Shown here one piece after another: positions 58,953-64,000 of a stretch of DNA of 64,000 nt. Both the position numbers and the translations under genes were made by a program. The number at the start of each line of letters is the position of its first letter. Position 1 is the stretch's first letter. The notes beneath the pieces are model-generated. The model did no database searches and was not told the origin of the DNA. It was given only the letters and a program-made list of their open reading frames with translations. The stretch is taken from IMG/VR virus record IMGVR_UViG_3300043436_004750. One strand, 5' to 3'. Origin of the DNA: a virus. Its lineage: Duplodnaviria > Heunggongvirae > Uroviricota > Caudoviricetes.

Positions 58953-60680
58953 ATGGCATCCAACCGGCACACCGATGAGGTTTTTACTCCAAAGAGAAAA
59001 CCGAAAAACCCAATTAAGTTCCAACTCCAACTTAATGAAGAACAAAAACTTGCAAAAGCACTTATCGTAGAAAATCCAGTAGTCGTTCTTAAGGGAATGG
59101 CTGGTTCAGGAAAGGCACAGCCACTAACCTCTAGGGTATATACTCCAAAAGGAGTAACTACTATGGGAGAGTTAAAAGTAGGAGACATTATCCTAGGGAG
59201 ATCAGGTACTACCACGGTACTGGGTATTTATCCACAAGGAGTAGAAAATGTGTACCAAATAACCCTTTCTGATGAAAGTACCGTACAATGTAGCTTAGAG
59301 CACCTATGGACAGTACAGCAGAAAAGATATTCAAGCAAACAGCTAAATTGGAAGGTACTTACGACAGGGGAACTTTTAAAAGACTTAGAAAAAGGAATAG
59401 AGTACAGGCTTCCAAACTTAGAAACACCTTTAGCTTTTGAAGAGAAACCTGTGGCGCTGGACCCTTACATAGTGGGAGTTTTATTGAGTGAAGGACACAT
59501 TAGGGAGGATGTAGTTACTCTTAGTACAAACGAACCAGAAGTACTACAAGAGATAAACAGTATACTAGAAGAAACTTCGACTGAATTAATACATGTAGTC
59601 AATTATGATTACAGATTCCGAAGAAGGAAGAGGAACAACACACCTAACACAGTAGTGGAAGCATGTAAAGAACTAAAACTCTCAGGAAAAACTTCTTATG
59701 ATAAATTTATACCAGAAGAGTACAGGTATAACTCTGAAAAAAATAGAATTAGATTACTTCAAGGATTAGTAGACGGAGACGGGTATGTAACAAAAGGAGG
59801 TAGTTTATTATATAACACAAGCAGTAAACAACTAGCCGAAGATGTAAAGGAAATGTTTCAGTCCCTTGGAGGAAGAGTTACTGTCCTGAAGTATTTTCCA
59901 AAGTATAATTACAGAGGAGTTAAAAAAACCTCTCTCCATCTACATTACCAGCTATCCATTACAATTGAACACCCTGAACGATTTACAACAATACCCTTTA
60001 AGAAAGAGAGATTGCAGAAGAGAGAACGTAAAGTTAAGTACACGAGTAGGGTTATTAAGAGTATTAAAAAAGTCGGACAAGCACAAACACAGTGTATACA
60101 GGTAAGTGCTTCAGACAGCTTATACGTAACCGACAATTGCATACTTACTCACAATACACTAGTAGCAGTACAAGCAGCCCTAGATATGCTTTTCTGTAAA
60201 GAGGTAGAGAAGATTATTATAACAAGGCCAACAGTAGCTAAAGAAGAATTAGGATTTTTACCAGGCGATCTTAAGGAAAAAATGGATCCTTGGTTAGCAC
60301 CGATATATCACAACTTATACATGTTATATGGTAAGGATAAAGTAGACAGAGAAATAGAAGATGGAAATATTGAAATTGTACCATTTGCATTTATGAGAGG
60401 TAGAACATTTGTTAACTCTTTTGTAATTGTAGATGAGGCACAAAACGTAACCCATGATCAAATGGAAACAGTACTAGGAAGACTAGGTAAAGGGTCTAAA
60501 ATGGTAGTATGTGGGGATTTAGCTCAAATTGATTTAAAAATAAAAAAAGAAACTGGTTTTTCATTTCTAACTAGAATTGAAGAACAGGTACCTGGCTTTA
60601 AAATCTTTGCTTTAAAAGCAAACCACAGACATGAAATAGTATCACCAATACTGAAGGTATATCAAGACTTTAGGGACTAG
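58953..60680 (+). CDS. phoH: PhoH-like ATPase interrupted by an intein
   Basis: GMAGSGK | intein | TLVAVQAAL..., VVCGDLAQIDL, VDEAQN PhoH motifs. Confidence 0.7.
   Translation: MASNRHTDEVFTPKRKPKNPIKFQLQLNEEQKLAKALIVENPVVVLKGMAGSGKAQPLTSRVYTPKGVTTMGELKVGDIILGRSGTTTVLGIYPQGVENVYQITLSDESTVQCSLEHLWTVQQKRYSSKQLNWKVLTTGELLKDLEKGIEYRLPNLETPLAFEEKPVALDPYIVGVLLSEGHIREDVVTLSTNEPEVLQEINSILEETSTELIHVVNYDYRFRRRKRNNTPNTVVEACKELKLSGKTSYDKFIPEEYRYNSEKNRIRLLQGLVDGDGYVTKGGSLLYNTSSKQLAEDVKEMFQSLGGRVTVLKYFPKYNYRGVKKTSLHLHYQLSITIEHPERFTTIPFKKERLQKRERKVKYTSRVIKSIKKVGQAQTQCIQVSASDSLYVTDNCILTHNTLVAVQAALDMLFCKEVEKIIITRPTVAKEELGFLPGDLKEKMDPWLAPIYHNLYMLYGKDKVDREIEDGNIEIVPFAFMRGRTFVNSFVIVDEAQNVTHDQMETVLGRLGKGSKMVVCGDLAQIDLKIKKETGFSFLTRIEEQVPGFKIFALKANHRHEIVSPILKVYQDFRD
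59115..60155 (+). mobile_element. intein (347 aa) with LAGLIDADG homing-endonuclease domain, Ala1 ... HN/T junctions
   Basis: Inserted after GSGK of the P-loop; YIVGVLLSEGHI and LLQGLVDGDGYV LAGLIDADG motifs; ends ILTHN followed by Thr+1. Confidence 0.65.
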
Positions 60681-60712
60681 TAAAAACAACTATTTATAAG
60701 TAAAATATATTT

Positions 60713-61105
60713 ATGCCTGCAGGATTATATAACTTTACACTAGAACAAGGTACTACAGTAAATTTTGAGATACAGTATACTGATGCAAACAATATACCTA
60801 TTAACCTATCAGGATATGCCGGTAGAATGCAAATTAAATCCGGTTTTGCAAACGATAAACCTATAACATACTCATCACTATCATCTAGCCGCTACCCTGA
60901 CGGAACAGGGTTAAACTTCAGTGGTAGTTCCGGCAATACACCAGTAGAAAGCGGATCTATAGGTATATATATCTCAGCAGCATCATCTTCTGCATTTACT
61001 TTTGCAAAAGCAAAATATGACCTAGAGATAGTATCAGGAAGCACTGTAACAAGGTTATTAGAAGGAACAATTACTTTAAGTAAAGAAGTAACAACAATAC
61101 CTTAA
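60713..61105 (+). CDS. putative structural protein
   Basis: 130 aa. Confidence 0.5.
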   Translation: MPAGLYNFTLEQGTTVNFEIQYTDANNIPINLSGYAGRMQIKSGFANDKPITYSSLSSSRYPDGTGLNFSGSSGNTPVESGSIGIYISAASSSAFTFAKAKYDLEIVSGSTVTRLLEGTITLSKEVTTIP

Positions 61106-61108
61106 CAC

Positions 61109-62302
61109 ATGGCTGTAAATATATCTACAGATACAAATACCGTAAAGGTAACCTCTACATCAACAAATAATGTTAAGATAGTGGATAACGGAAACAATAC
61201 TTCGGTGACTGTTTCACAACCTACTACAGGAGTTATCAAAGTTGTAACTGCAGGACCACAAGGACCGCCAGGCATTAGTGTAAATACAGGATCTTTCACA
61301 AATACAGATTCATTTAATGCTTTTACTTCTTCTTATAATACAGGAAGTTTTACAGGAAGTTTTACAGGAGATGGATCAGGACTCTATGACATACCAGCAT
61401 CAGGAATTATAGGGTTAAACCTATCACAGATTTCTTCAGGCTCAGTTTCAGCTACTATCTCACCAGGAAACGGATTACAGAGTAATGTAGGAATAATAGC
61501 ACCTTCATTTACAGGTTCTTTATTTGGTACAGCATCATTTGTTGATGTGAGTGCTTTATTAGGTTTTACACCCGAAAACGTAGCGAATAAAAACACGTCT
61601 ACTGCTTTAGGCACAAGTGATAGTTTGTACCCTACACAAAATGCAGTTAAAACGTATGTAGATACAGGACTTTCAGCAAAGCAGAATAGTTTAGGCTTCA
61701 CACCCGAAAACGTAGCTAATAAAAGTACTACAACATCTTTAGGTACAAGTGATAGTTTATACCCTACTCAAAATGCAGTTAAAACGTATGTTGATGGAAA
61801 AAAATCAAATTTAATTTTATATGGTAGTTATGGTACTATAAATTCCGTTGCTGGTACTTGGTATACTTGGAATGCTTCGCAAGCAATGTTATCTGGTGCT
61901 ACTTCTGCTTATGGTACATCAACAGAACCAACAATATTAGCAAATCCACCATTTAATCACGGAATATATGATTCAAACCAAATTTACTTAAGAGGTGCAA
62001 AAAGATTAGTAAGAGCTTGGTTTTCATACAGACAAACAACAGGTACACAAAGTCAAATGCAATTTTATATAGTATCAAATGGATTGATTGGAAATGACTC
62101 TTGGTACAATACTACAAATAGAGTAGTTTTAGCAAATCATTTAAGTGTTACTCAAAATAATATTTTTGTAGAAATACCAATAAATACCAATGATTTAAGT
62201 GCTACTGATGGTAATAGTATTTATTTTTTTTATAGAAAAGTAACAGGAACAGGAACTACAATTAATGGTGTAAAATTATATTTAGAATTTGAAATGATTT
62301 AA
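61109..62302 (+). CDS. putative fibre/structural protein with internal 40-aa duplication
   Basis: LGFTPENVANK.T.T.LGTSDSLYPTQNAVKTYVD twice (DNA 61561-61800). Confidence 0.55.
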   Translation: MAVNISTDTNTVKVTSTSTNNVKIVDNGNNTSVTVSQPTTGVIKVVTAGPQGPPGISVNTGSFTNTDSFNAFTSSYNTGSFTGSFTGDGSGLYDIPASGIIGLNLSQISSGSVSATISPGNGLQSNVGIIAPSFTGSLFGTASFVDVSALLGFTPENVANKNTSTALGTSDSLYPTQNAVKTYVDTGLSAKQNSLGFTPENVANKSTTTSLGTSDSLYPTQNAVKTYVDGKKSNLILYGSYGTINSVAGTWYTWNASQAMLSGATSAYGTSTEPTILANPPFNHGIYDSNQIYLRGAKRLVRAWFSYRQTTGTQSQMQFYIVSNGLIGNDSWYNTTNRVVLANHLSVTQNNIFVEIPINTNDLSATDGNSIYFFYRKVTGTGTTINGVKLYLEFEMI

Positions 62303-62304
62303 TT

Positions 62305-62745
62305 ATGAAAATATATGTAAAAAACGAATTAGTATTAGGTTTTGAACCTATGACTATAGATATTGATGATTTTACAGAATTTAACAATGTAATATTGCCA
62401 ACAGAAGAAGAAAAAAAATATATTAAATTAATGTTTAATGGCGTTAATTATTACGAAGGAGCAACCGCTGAAGAAATTGAAGCTATTGAAGATGCAAAGA
62501 TACCGACACAAATAAGTATAATGGATTTTCGTATACAATTGATAAAAAAAGGTATAGAAATTCAGGATATTATAAATACAATTAATGCTACCAATATTTT
62601 AAACGAAACAGAAAAGAAAATTATCTTAATCAAATTAGAGTTTGCTTCTGTGATAGATAGAACAGACGCAGAATTTATACAAATTGCAGAGTTAATGAAT
62701 ATTACACCAAACCAAATAAAAACAATATTTAAAAATGTGGCTTAA
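62305..62745 (+). CDS. hypothetical protein
   Basis: 146 aa. Confidence 0.5.
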   Translation: MKIYVKNELVLGFEPMTIDIDDFTEFNNVILPTEEEKKYIKLMFNGVNYYEGATAEEIEAIEDAKIPTQISIMDFRIQLIKKGIEIQDIINTINATNILNETEKKIILIKLEFASVIDRTDAEFIQIAELMNITPNQIKTIFKNVA

Positions 62746-62786
62746 ATACTTATAGAATCTACCGCTATTTATATTAAAATAAAATT

Positions 62787-63944
62787 ATGTCCAACATCAC
62801 GATATGGAACGGTAGTTCTACCTTTACATCAGGACAAACACCGTTTGGATTTTATGATAATGATACTGAATTCGTAACCGAAGCAGACAAAGTTGCAAAA
62901 TTCTGTGCAATTAGGTTAGGATATCCTTTACTGGATGTAGAGCTTCAATCTGGATCTTTTTATGCTTGTTTTGAAGAAGCTGTAACTACTTACGGAAATG
63001 AGGTATATCAAGCACAAGCTGTTCAAAATTACTTAGCACTAGAAGGAGGAGACACTTCAACTACACTTAATGATGCAGTAATAACACCTTCCTTACAGAA
63101 TATAATTACAATTGCAGCAGGATACGGTACCGAAGCAGGAGTAGGAGGGACTGTAACACGATATAGTGGATCTATAGATGTATCCCCAAACCAGCAAGTA
63201 TACGATCTAAATGAATGGACTACTAATGAAGGTATACAGGGTAGAATAGAAATTACAAAAGTATTCTACGAAGCACCACCGGCAATCCTTAGATATTTCG
63301 ATCCATATGCAGGAACAGGCACAGGTATTCAATCACTTATGGATGCATTTGATTTTGGATCATACTCTCCGGGGGTAAATTTCTTATTAATGCCTGCTTC
63401 TTATGATATACTAAAGGTACAAGCAATTGAATTTAACGATCAGATCAGAAGATCAGGATACTCTTTTGAAGTAGTTAACAACCATCTAAAACTATTCCCA
63501 GTACCTAAAAATGCAGGAAAGATATGGTTTGAATATTATAGAGTAAACGAAAAACAGTCTTTAGATAATTCAACCAATACACCAGGAGGGTTAGGAGGAT
63601 CTATTTCAAATATATCAAATGTTCCTTATGAAAATCCAACTTTCTCTAATATAAACTCTATAGGAAAGCAATGGATTTATAGATATACCTTAGCTCTAGC
63701 CAAAGAACTTTTAGCGTATATTAGAGGTAAGTATACAACAGTTCCAATTCCAGGATCTGAAGCTACTCTAAATCAAGCAGATTTACTTGCTGATGCTAGA
63801 ACAGAGAAAGCTGCTTTAATAGAAAATTTAAGAGCAATATTAGAAGGTACTTCAAAACTAGCTCAATTGGAAAGAAAAGCCGGAGAAGGTAATTTCTTAC
63901 AAGATACATTAAAACAGGTTCCAATGGTAATATTTGTAGGGTAA
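62787..63944 (+). CDS. putative structural protein
   Basis: 385 aa. Confidence 0.55.
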   Translation: MSNITIWNGSSTFTSGQTPFGFYDNDTEFVTEADKVAKFCAIRLGYPLLDVELQSGSFYACFEEAVTTYGNEVYQAQAVQNYLALEGGDTSTTLNDAVITPSLQNIITIAAGYGTEAGVGGTVTRYSGSIDVSPNQQVYDLNEWTTNEGIQGRIEITKVFYEAPPAILRYFDPYAGTGTGIQSLMDAFDFGSYSPGVNFLLMPASYDILKVQAIEFNDQIRRSGYSFEVVNNHLKLFPVPKNAGKIWFEYYRVNEKQSLDNSTNTPGGLGGSISNISNVPYENPTFSNINSIGKQWIYRYTLALAKELLAYIRGKYTTVPIPGSEATLNQADLLADARTEKAALIENLRAILEGTSKLAQLERKAGEGNFLQDTLKQVPMVIFVG

Positions 63945-64000
63945 TGAAGTTAAAAGATATACTAAAAGAAGAAAAAGAATTTTCACTATACCAGGCACTG
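63944..64000 (+). CDS. hypothetical protein (3' end outside window)
   Basis: ATG overlapping upstream TAA; open to window end. Confidence 0.3.
   Translation, partial: MKLKDILKEEKEFSLYQAL

Overview
This window reads as one contiguous stretch of an AT-rich double-stranded DNA phage genome, probably infecting a Bacteroidetes-type host. The host inference rests on -33 TTG / -7 TAnnTTTAG promoters and A-rich leaders without Shine-Dalgarno sites. All credible genes are on the + strand; the minus-strand ORFs in the track sit inside + strand genes and look spurious.

Layout:
- 1-12.4 kb: an early region of about 30 small ORFs. About 20 of them follow near-identical promoters with an exact 20-nt spacer and a conserved leader GGTATCAATAATTAAAACA. 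This region also holds an 850-bp iteron and repeat-rich intergenic block (3.7-4.56 kb), two tRNA-like genes with identical ends (one carrying a roughly 50-nt insertion), and several promoter- and terminator-bounded stretches without ORFs that are candidate ncRNAs.
- 12.8-17 kb: a T5orf172/GIY-YIG-like protein, a lipoprotein, an HD-domain hydrolase, and a sigma-70 region-2-like protein that may be a phage sigma factor.
- 17-32.7 kb: a baseplate and tail module. It contains a gp25-like wedge, a gp6/J-like protein, a 1356-aa giant protein, two paralogs with conserved C-termini, and a tail fibre built of tandem SHAEG repeats.
- 32.7-34.6 kb: two free-standing GIY-YIG homing-endonuclease genes.
- 35.9-43.5 kb: a DNA and nucleotide metabolism module. 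It has a DnaG-like primase, a RecB-family PD-(D/E)XK nuclease, two paralogous Pol-beta-fold nucleotidyltransferases (the second fused to a NadD/NMNAT-like HxGH...SxTxIR adenylyltransferase domain and two HExxH motifs), an NT5C/HAD nucleotidase and a ParB-like nuclease-domain protein.
- 48.9-58.9 kb: a T4-like packaging and head module. The large terminase has an SRQLG Walker A motif, followed by portal, putative prohead protease, acidic scaffold and major capsid protein.
- 58.95-60.7 kb: a PhoH-like ATPase split in its P-loop by a LAGLIDADG intein.
- 60.7-64 kb: further structural genes.

A recurring CTATTTATAA(ATA) motif lies 5-25 nt upstream of many middle and late genes. It contains the T4 late-promoter core TATAAATA.

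The most novel candidate is the nucleotidyltransferase/NMNAT-like/HExxH/NT5C cluster at 37.7-41.9 kb.
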